Assembly: GCF_030222135.1 (NCBI RefSeq)
Contig: NW_026988420.1
Coordinates: 6,579,875-6,643,874, forward strand
DNA length: 64,000 nt
DNA from: Aotus nancymaae
Taxonomy: Eukaryota
Direction: 5' to 3'
Shown here: piece after piece, positions 14,187-29,154 of the stretch
Position numbering within the stretch: position 1 is the stretch's first letter
Layout of the letters: the number at the start of each line of letters is the position of its first letter
The notes under the pieces: model-generated
What the model saw: only the letters and a program-made list of their open reading frames with translations
Told to the model about the DNA's origin: nothing
The model's database searches: none
Program-made: the position numbers and the translations under genes

Positions 14187-15095
14187 GTGAGTGCGCTTCA
14201 GCCCTGGACCTGCAGGTGCTTCCCCCATGTGTGACTCACGCTCTGTAGAACTGATGACTATGAGTACCCGGCCCTGCCTGTGCAGTGTGGGGCAGCCTAG
14301 TATAAAGCTGAGGAACAGGCGCTCTGGAGCTGGACCCTTAGGTCCAGATCCCAGCTGTATCACTCACGGGCTCGGTGTGTCACCTTGGGTGTGCTGCTTG
14401 AACTTCTCGTGCCTCCGTTTCCTCCTCTGCCATCTGAGGATAATTGTCCCTACCTCACAGTATTGCTGTGAGGAGGATTGAGCTAATGTATGTAAAGGAT
14501 TTTTAAACTGTGCCTGTTTCACGGTAAGGTGAGATATAAATGCTACTGTTGTCATTAGCAACTGATCCAAATGCAAAACCCTTGGTCTGTTGAGTAGGAG
14601 GTCCCAAGTCTAAAGACAAAACATTTGCCATCAGCACAGTCATAGGAAATCCATAAGGAATGGTCTCAGGAAGCATCTGGCCAGCACTGCTAGAAGGGAG
14701 ATAGTGCCACCCTCCAGGTGGGGTCCAGAGACATCTCAGCCACCAGAGGCAGCACCTCAGAAAAGAGGGGTGCATAGAGTGGAGTGAGGGGACAGTCCTG
14801 TCCTACTGATTCTCATCCTCTGTGCCATCCAGCCAAAGGCCCAGACCCTTTTCCCAGAGCTAACGTCTGCTGCTGCTCCAGCAGAGGTTGGATAAGCATG
14901 GGGAGTGCAAAGGGCTTGAGCAGAGACAGTGGCCTTCCAGGGGCTGAGCTGCCCAGGCCATCACAGTGCCCTGCACCTTTCTTTGCACAAACAATCTGCA
15001 TGTACACATGGAATTCGACTCAACATTCTGCATAGTAAAGCACCACAGTGTGGATGCTCTACAATGTATTATTTAGAAGAATAGTGTGGTGACAT

Positions 15096-15726
<631 letters not shown>

Positions 15727-15824
15727 TTATGACAACGGTGGTGGTATGAAGTAACATTATTGTTTGTTAGTGCCAAGCAAGTAAATGTGTGGAGGCAGCA
15801 CCTCATGCTGATCTTATTACACAG

Positions 15825-15892
15825 GTTCCAAGGAGTTATTTTCGTATCCTAAGCATATCACAAGCAATACCGTGGCAACAGAGTTCATCATG
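15825..15892 (+). CDS. PARP4: PARP4 exon: (G)SKELFSYPKHITSNTVATEFIM
   Basis: Acceptor ttattacacag|, donor ATG|gtgagtg. Phase 1 to 0. Confidence 0.75.
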
Positions 15893-16212
15893 GTGAGTGC
15901 AAGAGGCTTCCTGTATCTCTTGGGTCTTTTCCTACCATGCTTTGGGGGGACCTCCAGGGCTTAGGCCCCTCAAGCCACTATCAGATCGCCTTTATTCCTT
16001 CATTTTTGTATGTTGGTGGGCTCTTATTTCATTAATTTAATGATATAAACTCATTAAGGAAGAATTGGAAATTAAAAAGAATAGAAAGAAAAAAATCACC
16101 CATGTCCCACCACCCTAATACAACTAGCATTAACAGCTTTGAGAAGTTCTCTTCTGTCCCTTGTTTTTTCCTCTTCAAATGCAGCCAGCTTCATCTAAAA
16201 GGCTTGAGGCTA

Positions 16213-16497
<285 letters not shown>

Positions 16498-16770
16498 TTA
16501 AAATAAAAGAAATAAAATAATAACAAAATGGAGCAAGCTGAGACTGACCAGATGAGACTGACGAAGCATGAGGTGATAATATTACAGTTATATTACAGTT
16601 ACTGTGTGACATGAAACAAACTAAAAGGACGTAAGTTTAGTTGTTTTGCAAATGTTAATTAGGGAAATAAAATATTTTCCATGTCACTATATCTCTACAC
16701 AGTCCTTAGATGTGTCAATGGTGACTGCGTCCAATAAGGAGAACATAATCTTTCACTTCATTTCTTCCAG

Positions 16771-16958
16771 TCTGCCACACCTACCATGGGGAACACAGAC
16801 TTCTGGAAAACTCTCCGATATCTTAGCTTACTGTACCCTGCTCGAGGGTCCCGGAGCATCCTCCTAGTGTCTGATGGGCACCTCCAGGACGAGAGCCTGA
16901 CGTTGCAGCTTGTGAAGAGGAGCCGCCCCCACACCAGGTTGTTTGCCTGCGGTATCGG
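16771..16958 (+). CDS. PARP4: PARP4 exon, vWA core: SATPTMGNTDFWKTLRYLSLLYPARGSRSILLVSDGHLQDESLTLQLVKRSRPHTRLFACGI(G)
   Basis: Acceptor catttcttccag|, donor GG|gtgagt. Phase 0 to 2. ILLVSDG is the typical vWA strand. Confidence 0.85.
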
Positions 16959-18303
16959 GTGAGTCTCAGAGAGCTACTCACACAGTCCAGACGTGGGTGG
17001 AAAAGGCAGCCTGCGAGGAGGCCTTCTTGTTGGCCTGCACGGGACTTTTTTAAGCTTGGAAGTTGAAACTAGAATACAGAAGCCTTAACAGCACAGAGGA
17101 ATGGGGCCCCGGGCTCCCGGCCAGACTGCCTTAGTCTCAGAACCTGGGTTGGCCACTTATTAGCTGTAACCTTGGGCAAGTTCTTAACCTCTCATAAAAC
17201 CAAGACTATAATGAAAATACCTACATCTTGGGGGGTTGCTGAGGATTAAATGAGCTCATGTATAGAAAGCACGCAGAACAGAACTGACCCAGTTAGCGCA
17301 AATCAATGTTAGATGTTATTATTTAGCATAAGAATCCAAATCTCCAGCTTGTCCTGAGCAGCCTGGGCATACCTCCTCACTGGCTGTACTGGACTCGTGC
17401 TGGGGGCACATGGCCTCCAGGCAGACCCCACCTAGCTGCTTTGCTCCTTGGCATCTCTCTTCTGGTCATTATGAGCATTTGCATTTGCAAACCCTGTGGT
17501 ATGCATAGAAGCTTTCCATGGGATGCTAACACCCATAGATTGTTGGAATTGCCCCCTCCCCAGTAAAAATTAGCTCTTTTGGATTGCACTAAGGTATGTG
17601 GCGTATGTGTAAGGAAAATAGAGGGGCCACTTGGTGTCTGCATAGGCCCCCTGGACTCCTGCATGTGGCCACCACCTGAGCAAGTGGTCACCAGGTGTCT
17701 CTATTCTAAGGCAGTGTATGGAGCAGATCCTCAGCTTCTTCATGGAACAGAATGGGGGCCCCTGTGCTGTCCTTGCCCCTGAACCTTGACCAGGACTCAC
17801 CCTAAGCTCCAGGAGCCAGCACCCCCAATGCCCCTCTGTGGCCCCAATGCCCCTCCATGGCCCACAGTGCCCCCTGTGGCCCCCACCACCCCTAGCTGCT
17901 GTACCCAAGCTAGCCCTGCTTGCCTCGAGGGCTTTCTTCTGTCCTCCACAGTCACAGCTCGTGGCTCTGTTCTCTGTAATCTAAGGCCTAGCCCAGCATC
18001 ACAGGCCAATGAGGAAATATATCCAGCCTGAGCAGCTCCACTAGGAGTTGTTCCTCATGGGACTTCACCTGCTGAGTCAAAGCTGCACTCAGGGCAGCCC
18101 ATGCACTGTCTCCTGGTCTCAGCAGCCCCTCCCTGCCCCCGCTTCCAGGTCAGGGCTCAGACACCACAGAGCAGAGGCGCTGGCACCTATTCATGCCTTC
18201 CTCAATGACGGTCTGTCCTGAGATGAACATCAGGCCCCCACTCTGGGGCTGGGAGGTGGGATTTTCCCATGTGCCAGGGAGGAAATCAAGGGAGTGTGAT
18301 GAG

Positions 18304-18475
18304 GTCAGGCGCAGTGACTCACGCCTGCGGTCCCAGCACTTTGGGAGCCCAAAGCAGGAGGATTGCTTCAGCCCTGGAGGTCAAGGCTGCAGTGAGCCAT
18401 GGTCGGGCCATTGCATTCCAGCCTGAGTGACTGAGCAAGACCCATCTTTAAAAATTAAAAAAAAAAAAAAAAAAT
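18304..18475 (+). mobile_element. Alu-derived fragment (free left-monomer-like) with A-tail
   Basis: ggtcaggcgcagtgactcacgcctgcggtcccagcactttgggagcc...ccagcctgagtgactgagcaagaccc...aaaaaaaaaaaaaaa. Confidence 0.7.
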
Positions 18476-19526
18476 TAGAAAAACGTAAGGCATGCGATGG
18501 GGAGTCTGGGTTTGCAGTGGAGGAGCCTGCTCCCATAGGAGACTGTGCTGGTTAGCACCACCCATGCCTGCAGGAGCTGGGATCTGTTCTGCTTTTCTGT
18601 TGAGTTTTGGGGATCTAAGTGTTTCTGCCTCGCGTCTTCCACGCACGTGTTTGCAATTACAAACTCTAGTAAAGTGAGCTTCCCAAAGGTAGAGACCATT
18701 CACCCTCCTCCCTGGCGTGAGTCCTGGTCCTCTGAGAGCCACACAGAGGAGCACAGGAAGATTCCAGCCTGCCTCACTAACAGACAGAAGGTGTAACTAC
18801 CAATAACCCATGTTAAGGATCTTCTAGTCCTTGTTATGATCATCACCAATTAATATGGAGGATAAAGACAAGTCCAGTCTTTATCAATAGGTTGAAAAAC
18901 ATCTTGGAAACTACTTTCATAAGCTCTTTTTCTGAAAAGTAAGTGATCTTTTCTTTAGTATTTCAGGAGGCACACCTCTAAGCAAGGAGTCGATAGTTAC
19001 AGAATTATTGTAGAGAGAAAAGTAATAGGGCATTTGTCATCTAAATGTCAGAGATGCTCTTTGCTATAGTGAGAATTGCTTCTTTATGCCTTTTGCTGTG
19101 TTGATGTGTATCAGAGTTTAAGAGGTAATCTTCACTCTTTGCCAGCTTTAGGCCTTTGGGATCAGATTCAGGTAATGTTGTTATTTATTGAAATTAAGTT
19201 GATATCTTTCTCAGCATTCTGATACCTTGTAGGGTTGTTTTTAGAGTCATCTACTCCCTCCTTCAGTAAATTGAAAGTCAAGAATTTCAACCTTTTTCTA
19301 TTTGAAGGATAACTCAGTGCTCTGATATATGGGAGCTTAAATTAGCCAAACTTTCAGATGTTTCCTCCAGTTACCATCTTCTCTGTTTAACCTCAGCTAC
19401 ACAAGAGTACATTCTTCCATGTAATGTCTCTCCTAATGAGTTGTGAGCTTTCTCAACGCTGTTAACATGTACTTCAAAAATATTTCTCAAATGTCTTGAA
19501 TATTAAAACATATGAAATGTGATCAG

Positions 19527-19626
19527 TTCTACAGCAAATCGTCACATCTTAAGGATTTTGTCCCAGTATGGTGCCGGAGTATTTGAATATTTTAATGCAA
19601 AATCCAAGCATAGTTGGAGAAAACAG
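19527..19626 (+). CDS. PARP4: PARP4 exon: STANRHVLRILSQYGAGVFEYFNAKSKHSWRKQ
   Basis: Acceptor atgtgatcag|, donor CAG|gtatgt. Phase 2 to 0. Confidence 0.8.
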
Positions 19627-20603
19627 GTATGTTTTTTTAAACATCTGGTTTTATATTTACGTGTGGAAATCTCACATCCTTCCAAGGCTAAGCAATAGGA
19701 ACATCTGTGTTTTCTTGAATGAGATGGGAGCCACGAAGAGGCAAGAGCTGCCGCAGGTGTGAGCCCTGCCTCAGAACTGCACCAGCAGGAACACGGGAGT
19801 TCTTAATCAGGCCATTCTCCCAGCTCATAGTTTGATTTCTGCCTGAAAATTCTGGACTGAATTTTTTTAAAGTGAATTATCAAATATATTTTGCTGAAAT
19901 TAATTTTCTTTACTGTGATAAAATTTAGCATTTTAACCATTTTTAAGTGTACAACTTAGTGGTATTAGCTACATTCACAATGCTGTGCAACCATCACCAT
20001 CTTCACTTTCATCATCCCAAACAGAAGATATGTACCCATTAAACTGTAACTCCGCATTCCCTCCTACGCCCAGCCCCTGCTAACCACGACTCTACTTTCC
20101 ATCTCTATGATTTTGCCTATTCTGAGTATCTCATATAAGTGAAGTCATCACATTGTCCTCTTACATCTGGCTTATTTCACTTAGCATAGTATTTTTAACA
20201 TCCATGTATGTTGTAACGTGTCAGAATTTCCCTTCTTTTTAAAGCTGAATAATACTCCATTGTATGGATAGACCGCATTTTGCATATCCATCCATCTGTT
20301 GGTAGACATTTAGGTTGTTTCTAGCCTTTGGCTTTTGTGAATAATGCTGCTATGAGCATTGGTATACAAGTGTCTGTTTGAGTCTGCTTTCAATTCTGGA
20401 TATAAGCGCAGCACAGGAGTGCTGGATCATATGGTCATTCTATGTTTAGTTTTTTGGGGAATCGCCATGCACTCTTCCATAGCAGCTGTATCATTTTACA
20501 TTCCCACCACCAGTGCACCAGGATTCCAGTTTTTCTACATCCTCATCAACACTCATCATTCCTTTTTTTTTCCATATTGACTGAAATCAATCAGCTTTTC
20601 TTT

Positions 20604-20764
20604 GGTTTTGTTTTGTTTTGTTTTTGAGACATGGTGTCGAGCGGTCATCTAGGCAGGAGTGCAGTAGTGCAATCATAGCTCACCACAACCTCAACTTCCT
20701 GAGCTCAAGTGATCCTCCCACCTCAGCCTCCAGAGTAGCTGGGACTACAGGCCTATGCCACCAC
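20604..20764 (-). mobile_element. Alu fragment
   Basis: ttgttttgtttttgagacatggtgtcgagcggtcatctaggcaggagtgcagtagtgcaatcatagctcaccacaacc...ctgggactacaggcctatgccaccac. Confidence 0.8.
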
Positions 20765-20807
20765 TTTTTTTTCTTATTGTTTTTCATTTGGTTGTTGGTT
20801 GTTGGTT

Positions 20808-21088
20808 GTTTTTTTTTTTTTTAAGACAGGGTATCACTTTGTCACCCACGCATACTTGGCTCACTGCAGCCCTGACATCCTGGTCTCAAGCCATCCTCCT
20901 GCCTCAGCCCCCCAAGTAGGTAGGACTACAGGCTCACACCACCACACCAGGCTAATTTTTTGTATTTTTTGTAGAGACAGGGTTTCGCCATGTTGCCCAG
21001 GCTGGTTTTGAATCCCAAGCTCAAGCAATCCACCTGCCTTAGCCTCCCAAAGTGCTAGGATTACAGGCATAAGCCACTCTGCCCAGCC
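20808..21088 (-). mobile_element. Alu
   Basis: Poly-T, then aagacagggtatcactttgtcacccacgcatacttggctcactgcagcc...gcataagccactctgcccagcc. Confidence 0.9.
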
Positions 21089-21358
21089 ACCACCTGTCTT
21101 TTAATAACAGCCATCCCACTGGGTGTGAAATGAGATCATTGTGGTTCTGATTCGCACTTCCCTATTGACTAGTGACATCAAACATCTTTTCACGCACACT
21201 TTTCATGGCTTTTGTGTATCTTCTTTGGAGAAATATCTATTCAAGTACTGGAATCTACTCCTACCAAAGTTGCATATTAGTAATTAGCTAATGAAATAAT
21301 TTCAGGATGCTCTGTAAATGTAAAGGATGTCATCATACTATTATTTAAAATTCTAGAT

Positions 21359-22060
<702 letters not shown>

Positions 22061-22231
22061 ATAAATTCTGTTTAAAATCTTTTCGGAAAAGTACTTTGTA
22101 GCAGGAAGGAGAAAAAATACCAAAGAGTTATAAAATTCCCAGAGGATAGAATGTATACTTTATTTTAAATGTGAAGTAACTATTTTCTGGATGGGGCATT
22201 GAAAGAGAAATAATTCCTCTTTTATAAATAG

Positions 22232-22402
22232 ATAGAAGACCAAATGACCAGGCTATGCTCTCCTAGTTGCCACTCTGTCTCAGTGAAATGGCAGCAACTC
22301 AATCCAGATGCGCCCGAGGCCCTGCAGGCCCCAGCCCAGGTGCCGTCCTTGTTTTGCAATGATCGACTCCTTGTCTATGGATTCATTCCTCACTGCACAC
22401 AG
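22232..22402 (+). CDS. PARP4: PARP4 exon: IEDQMTRLCSPSCHSVSVKWQQLNPDAPEALQAPAQVPSLFCNDRLLVYGFIPHCTQ
   Basis: Acceptor ttttataaatag|, donor CAG|gtaaga. Phase 0 to 0. Confidence 0.8.
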
Positions 22403-22660
22403 GTAAGAAGGCGCAGAGTTTCTTATTCTATGGGAAGACCAATATATTTTGCTGATTTTTTTTCCTCTTTTCTTCCCTCACCTTCTCACCAGCAGATTTT
22501 CTTCTTCTGGGAATATAGCTGGTGGTTAGCCAGGACTTCGGGGAGGCTTCTAATTTTTATTGAAAGGGGAGAGAAAATAACCAAAAGAATTTCTGTTAAA
22601 CCAAGAAACTGCAGAGTGGAAAGACTAGTGAAGAATTTATTTTATTTCTTCCCATTTCAG

Positions 22661-22741
22661 GCAACTCTGTGTGCATTAATTCAAGAGAAAGAATTTAGTA
22701 CAATGGTGTCAACTACTGAGCTTCAGAAGACAACTGGAACT
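22661..22741 (+). CDS. PARP4: PARP4 exon: ATLCALIQEKEFSTMVSTTELQKTTGT
   Basis: Acceptor cttcccatttcag|, donor ACT|gtaaga. 81 nt in phase. Confidence 0.8.
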
Positions 22742-25532
22742 GTAAGATTCAAAACCTAAACTATTGACCATTATTTGAAAGTTATTATTTTATATTTCCA
22801 TATATAATGCTCTATTTCAAGCTTGTCCAACCCATGGCCCAGGGCAGCTTTGAATGCAGCCCAACAGAAATTCGTAAACTTTCTTAAAACGTTGTGAGAT
22901 TTTTCTGCAATTTTTTTTTAGCTCATCAGCTATCGTGTTAGTGTATTTTTTTGTCATCTGTATAAATGGTATACTTTCCTTTAGTTTCTAACTCAGCACT
23001 TCTTCATCTGGGGTCGTTGGGTCTGGGCATGTCTATATGGGCATCAGTGGGTGGCAATAACTGCAATTAAATATGGTATTTATGCATGGAGATGTTTCTA
23101 GAGATCTTCTCAAAGATGTTCATAACTCAACAAAAGTTAATGACACTGGTCTATCGCCACTATTTAGAAGTATTAGTTATAATAGTACTGAACTAAGAGT
23201 AGATCATATCATATATTGAGGATGTGGGTTTTTTCCATTTTTTTATTAAAAGCAAATGAATTATGAAAGAAAAACCTCCTGTTTTTCCATAATCACACCA
23301 TTTCTGGTTCTCAGATAAGTGTTTTTCCCAGCCAATTCTCTGCCATCAGTTGCATGTCCTACAGTTTAATTCAATTCTGACACTGGCTGCCTGGGGTTGG
23401 CACAGACCTCACAGGGTAAGGGCTCAGTCCCACAAGACTGGCCCCTACTCTAGATATCAGTTGTAAGTAGTGGTTCCCCAGGTTATCCACACTTCTGATC
23501 AGCTTCAAGTCAGCGTTCCCACAACCCTTTTTCAGTTTCAGTAATTTGCTCTAACAGCTCACAAAACTCAGGAAAAGTTTACTTAGTATTACTGACTTAT
23601 TCTAAAGATTATAAAGTATATGAATGAACAGCCAGATGAAGAGGTACATAGGGTGAGATCCAGAATAGTCCCAAGCACAGGAGCTTCTGTCTAACATAGA
23701 GTTGGGGTGCACCACCTTCCTGGCACATGAATGCCAACCCAGAAACTCCCTGAACCCCTTTAGGTGGAGTTTTAAATGCAGGTTTTATTACAAAGCCCTG
23801 GTCGATTAAATCATTGGCCATTGGTGATTAACTCTGCCCTCTCTGGGGGCTGGGGAGTGGGGCTAAAAGTTCCAGCCCTCTAATCATATGGTTGGTTCCC
23901 CAGCAACCAGTCCTCATCCTAGGGAGTTTCTAAAAGTCACCTCATTAACATAAACTCAGGTGTGGTTGAAGGATCTTGTTAGGAATAACAAATATACACA
24001 TTTCTTAGGTCCATAGAGAAGTTTAAACTTATGTTTGGTCTATAAAATAATCCAACAGGGGAAAAGACATGCACATTTTGTTTTATGTGGAGGAGCCCCA
24101 TGAGACTCAAAGAAGGGCCAGATGAGTGAAGTTTTATACTGTACAGAAGTGGGTAGGGGCATGGGGCTCCTGTGGGGAGGTGGGAACAGGCTATGGGAGG
24201 GTGAGGGGAGGAAACACATGGTGAGCAAAGGCTTTCTTGTGATGCAGAGGAGGTCTGGCAGGCAGCAGCACTCAGAGAGAAGAGAAGCACCTCTGGTAAC
24301 TGTTTCTCTATCACCCCTTTAAAGTATCAGACTTCAGTCTCTTCTTCCTAGGAGTTCATCTTTCCTAGATCGGGATAAGGCAAATGAGGGGGTCTCAGAG
24401 AAAGCCTATTTGCATCTGCTGTTTACTTCACTGGCATAGGATTCCTCTGCAGATGCAGATATTCCCCACAAAAGGACTGCTTTGCAGAGCTATTACTGTG
24501 TCTGCTGTCCCTCTGAATAGCCATCTCAAAATATGCCACAAAAGTATCTTTTGGGGTGGCCTATTTTAGCTTTCTGCATATCACAATATCATAAATTATT
24601 ACCAAGAAGTTTACAATATTTGCACTGGTACTGAATCCATTATAGTTTAGCCTTGAAAGTTCCTAGCCTATGTATGCTATTATGTAGTTTTGTTTTGTTT
24701 TTTTTTTCATTCAGAGGAGTATTAGTATAGCCAGATAAATCATTTCCCAGACATTGCTGGTTTTTTTCTCAAAAATGTATAGCTTACTTTTCAGCACTAA
24801 ATGAGTATCATTGACGTATTAGTTGCCAGTGACTTACATATAGAACTTAAGCTCTGTATTGCTTTAAAAATTAGATCTTTGTGGGTAATGATAAAGGAGA
24901 ATAAATTAGAAGTATATTTTTTAAAATTAGATCTAGAAGGAAAGAAGGTAAAAATATTTCACCTGGGAAGAGGCCGTTTTCCGTAAGTCACAGAAAGTTG
25001 TACTTCCTCTGTGAGAAGCAGCCTTATCAATGACAAAATTACAAAAGTTGAAATTACTGAAAGTTCCATCTCTTAGTTGTTGGAGAGGAAGCACCTGGTG
25101 GTGCACACCGTGCAGTCCTCACCCTGTAGAGTGTAGACCATGTTCATGGATGGGCATCCCAGCACCAAGGTGGCTCTTCCTATGGTAGAAAAAAAGTTTT
25201 GAATTTTTTAAATAAATTGAATTGGCAAAATGGCCTTTTATAGAGAAAGCAAAACTTTAGGGACATAAAATAGATAAGAAGCTGCCAGAGCTGGGGGAAA
25301 CTGCATAGGGGTACACAGGAACTTTTTCAGGGTAAAGTGAATGTTTTGTGTCTTTGTTTCAACAGTGGTCACATAATTGTATATATCCATTAAGACTCAT
25401 CAAACTGTACACCTAAAAGAAGTGTATTTTACTATATGCAGGTTATACCTCGATTTTTAAAATGATGTTCTTTGCAAGTCTTTTATTAGAAGCCATGAGA
25501 ATCTTTTTTTCTTCTTTGCTACTTAAATACAG

Positions 25533-25613
25533 ATGATCCACAAGCTGGCAGCCCGAGCTCTAATCAGAGATTATGAAGATGGCATTCTTCACGAAAATGA
25601 AACCAGTCATGAG
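25533..25613 (+). CDS. PARP4: PARP4 exon: MIHKLAARALIRDYEDGILHENETSHE
   Basis: Acceptor ctacttaaatacag|, donor GAG|gtttgt. 81 nt in phase. Confidence 0.8.
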
Positions 25614-26582
25614 GTTTGTTCTTTTCATTGTAAAAACTATTAGACATTATTCTTGCATTCTTACATTGATTTATCTGTGGAAATGGAAAGTGAGGTCAGC
25701 TGCATGGAAAAGGAAACTGTGGCATTAGAGCATTCATCACTGTGTCTGTGACACTGTGCCTGGGATGTGGAGTGTGCGGTAAATGTTTGTTGAATGAATT
25801 AACAAAAGATTGGATGTCAGTGGTTTCCAGAAAGTTCTGTGTTTTTTTGACTCATCAGAAAGAAGCCTGAGGAGAGCTCAGTGAACACTCACTGAGTGAC
25901 TATAGCAGACGTCGTCTCAGATCTTGCGTGTGGTAGCGTTAATATTCCCATCTTACTAACGAGAGGCCTGGGTGCGAAAGGCTGAGTGACCTGCCAAAGT
26001 CCACCTGACTCCCCCCATGCTATGTGGACCAGGGCTTCAGCAGAGGGGCCACTCAGCCAGGCCACCAGGACTGCCTAGCTGGTCTCTCAGGGATGAGATC
26101 TTCAATAGCTGCGAGCATTAGTCCTCAATGCCACCCCCACAAAAAGGTGCCAGCATGACAGCAGGCCCTGGAGACCCCACAGTCAGTCTGGTGACAGGTA
26201 GTCACCTGGTGGTCTCCCTATTCTCCTCAGATGCCCATGGCTTGGCAGCCTCTGTGTGCTGTTTTAAGGCCCTTTTATCCTGAACAAGTTACTCTGTCTT
26301 TCCAGTTCCTCAGCTTTAAATTGGGAGCCACAGGCTGTGAAAGAATGAGGAAGTCCACTGCATGTGAGAGCTCTCTGTGAACTACTGAGAGCTGAATAAT
26401 GGAGAGTGAATTTTCTATGACTAAGTCAGTTGATCCCATTTTAAAGGGAACATTGAGTCACCTATTTAGATGGGGCCTGCGATTCAATATTTAGTCTGAA
26501 ATACGAATCTTAAAATGACTTGCTGACATAGCTAAATAGAAATAATAAAACAGGATATGACTTACATTTTATTCTATCCTAG

Positions 26583-26678
26583 ATGAAGAAACACACCTTG
26601 AAATCTCTGATCATTAAACTCAGTAAAGAAAACTCTCTCATAACACAGTTTACAAGCTTTGTGGCAGTTGAGAAAAGG
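26583..26678 (+). CDS. PARP4: PARP4 exon: MKKHTLKSLIIKLSKENSLITQFTSFVAVEKR
   Basis: Acceptor ttattctatcctag|, donor AGG|gtatgt. 96 nt in phase. Confidence 0.8.
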
Positions 26679-27301
26679 GTATGTATCATTGTTAATTCGA
26701 GGTTAAATTATTTTATTTATTTATATTTCCACATTAAAAGAAAGTCACCTTTGCTCTGATGGTAAATGACAACACCCACTCCCTGGGCCTGTGAATCATG
26801 AGTTGCAGACAGGCCAGCAGGCCCCATGAGTCCCAACCTCCCATTCATGAGGGGCCTCGGTGTTAGGACTTCCGGTGATCTTTCTAAATGAGTTGAGTAT
26901 ATTATCATTTTTAATGTTACAATTATCGTTAATAATTAGCTAATATGTATTTTTCAGATATACTATAATTTTGTTCAGTTTTGGCATTTCTTGTCTTTTA
27001 TTCATCCGAGACCCTCAAAATATAGAAAAGGCCTGGGTTCTCTGAGAGCCCCTTACCCCTTCACAAGTTTAAGGGGAAAATTCATGTAACATGCCCAGCG
27101 CAGTGGCCAGCACCTGCAAACGCTCCATGAAGAGGAAAGCCACTCTACCTCCTGCTTCCCCTCACACTTGTGGCCCAGGGCACACGCTCCAGTCTCACAC
27201 ACCAGCGTTCCCCAAACCAGCACCCACAGGCTTTAGAATGTGTAACCATCATTTAATTGGATAACATATGTTTGATTTAACCTATTTGTAATTCGATATA
27301 G

Positions 27302-27424
27302 GATGAGAAGGAGTTGCCTTTTCCTGATATTCCAAAAGTTTCTGAACTTATTGCCAAAGAAGACGTAGACTTCCTGCCCTATATGAACTGGCAGGGGGAA
27401 CCCCAAGAAGCTGTCATGGACCAG
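27302..27424 (+). CDS. PARP4: PARP4 exon: DEKELPFPDIPKVSELIAKEDVDFLPYMNWQGEPQEAVMDQ
   Basis: Acceptor tgtaattcgatatag|, donor CAG|gtaaat. 123 nt in phase. Confidence 0.8.
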
Positions 27425-27855
27425 GTAAATGCTGATTACCAAATAAGTTGATATTGTCCTTTTGTTTTTTCGTGAAGATGAGGGGAACCCTTTGCTAAAA
27501 TAGCTCTCTTACTACCTGTATATAAAGAGATTGTTGTATCGCTAATGAGGGAAAATATTCACACATTTATAAAATATTGAATTGCTTCTGTTGCGTTACA
27601 GAAACTTCACAATGTGTGAATGGAGCTGTGTAGTACAAAAAGAGAACACCTGTGGCTGTGCTTCTGTTATGGGCAAATAGATTGTCATCCAGGAAGCTAA
27701 AGTCATTTAGATACTATGATAGGTTTGTCACGAAATTATCAATAAAAGTCCTATCTAATAATTAAATTCACCACCAGTATTTCCTAAAGTTATAGTGCTT
27801 TATACTGTGGCCCTTGTAACCAGAAACTCAATAGAAATGGAAAAACGTGGCTTAA

Positions 27856-28092
27856 GCCAGGTGCAGTGGCTCACACCTGTAATCGAAGCACTATGGGAGT
27901 CTGAGGTGGGCGGATCACCTGAGGTCGGGAGTTCGAAACCAACCTGACCAACATGGAGAAACCCTGTCTCTACTAAAAATACAAAATTTGCCATGTGTGG
28001 TGGTGCATGCCTGTAATCCCAGCTCCTCAGGAGACTGAGGCAGGAGAATTGCTTGAACCTGGGAGGTGGAGGTTGCAGTGAGCTGAGATTGG
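27856..28092 (+). mobile_element. Alu
   Basis: gccaggtgcagtggctcacacctgtaatcgaagcactatgggagtctgaggtgggcggatcacctgaggtc... Confidence 0.85.
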
Positions 28093-28170
28093 GGGGAAGA
28101 GAAGCAGGAGGGAGGGAGGGAGGGAGGGAGGGAGGAAAGGGAAAGTGAAAAGGAAAGGGAAAGGGAAGAT
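28092..28170. repeat. Purine-rich (GGGA/GGAA)n tract at the Alu tail
   Basis: gggggaagagaagcaggagggagggagggagggagggagggaggaaagggaaagtgaaaaggaaagggaaagggaag. Confidence 0.85.
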
Positions 28171-28293
28171 GTGGCTTAAATAAAAATTAGAAGACAAATT
28201 CAAGAGCAAAGGAGCAAAGTAGTGCTGACAACAATCTTAGGTCTCTAAGTTAAAAAACAAAAATTTCCAAAATTTAAGAATTTTAAATCTGGT

Positions 28294-28695
28294 TGGGCAC
28301 TATAGTTCATGCCTATAATCCCAGCACTTTGGGAGGCTGAGATGGGAAAATCACTTCAGCCCACGCGTTTGAGACCAGCCTGGGCAACAAAATGAGACCT
28401 CATCTCTACAAAAAGTTTTTTAGACCAGGCACAGTGGCTCATGCCTATAATCCCAGCACTTTGGGAGGCCGAGACAGCAGATGGCTTGAGCCAGAAGTTC
28501 AAAACCAGTCTGGGCAACATGGTGAAACCCCATCCCTACAAAAAATACAAAAATTAGCTGGGTGTGGTGGAACGTGCCTGTAAGCCCAGCTACTCAGGAG
28601 GCTAAGGTGGGAGGATGCTCGAACCCAGGAGGCAGAGGTTGCAGTGAGCCAAAATGGCACCACTACACTCCAGCCTGGGCGACAGAGCCAGCATT
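28294..28695 (+). mobile_element. Alu left-monomer fragment (28294-28420) directly followed by a full Alu (28423-28695)
   Basis: ggttgggcactatagttcatgcctataatcccagcactttgggaggctgagatggg... then agaccaggcacagtggctcatgcctataatcccagc...ctccagcctgggcgacagagccagc. Confidence 0.85.
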
Positions 28696-29154
28696 TGATC
28701 ATAAATAAGGAAATAATATATGAAAGATGTGCCACCTTGTTGCTAAAAGAAGTTAAAATGTAAACTGCCGTGAGATTCCTTTTTATTTTTTAACTCTGTC
28801 AGGTTGGCAAAGATCACAAAAGGTAGATGATTGAAGTCAGTAAAATAGAGTGGTTAAGATCACAGGTGCTGTGGCCTAGTGCTCAGGTCTGAACCCCAGC
28901 CCACACTTCGCTCTGTGGGACTTGACCTTCCCAGTGCTCCAGTCCTAATGAATGCTCTAGTGGGAGAGCAATAAAATCAGCCTTAGGTGGTTGTGAAACG
29001 TTCTAAGACCATTAGAACATGTCTAGCTCATGACAGACATTCAATAAATATTAGCTGTAGTTGTTATTAGCCAAGGTGTCTGAAATGGGCACTGTCTCCC
29101 AAACAGATGGGTCAGAAAGCTGACAAGTGGGCTTGGGTTTGGAGGGAGACTTGC

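Noticed and set aside
14169-15035. Several 60-96-aa ORFs on both strands just after the first vWA exon
   Set aside because: Intronic read-through of the PARP4 exon and unsupported antisense frames. No conservation-like signal is visible.
17377-18031. Cluster of overlapping 60-110-aa ORFs on both strands in a GC-rich block, with a proline-rich tandem motif caatgcccctc(t/c)(g/a)tggcccc x3
   Set aside because: The ORFs are mutually overlapping in several frames. They lack splice-site and start context, and the composition is repeat-like (degenerate LTR/MaLR-like internal sequence). This is the typical six-frame noise of GC-rich repeats.
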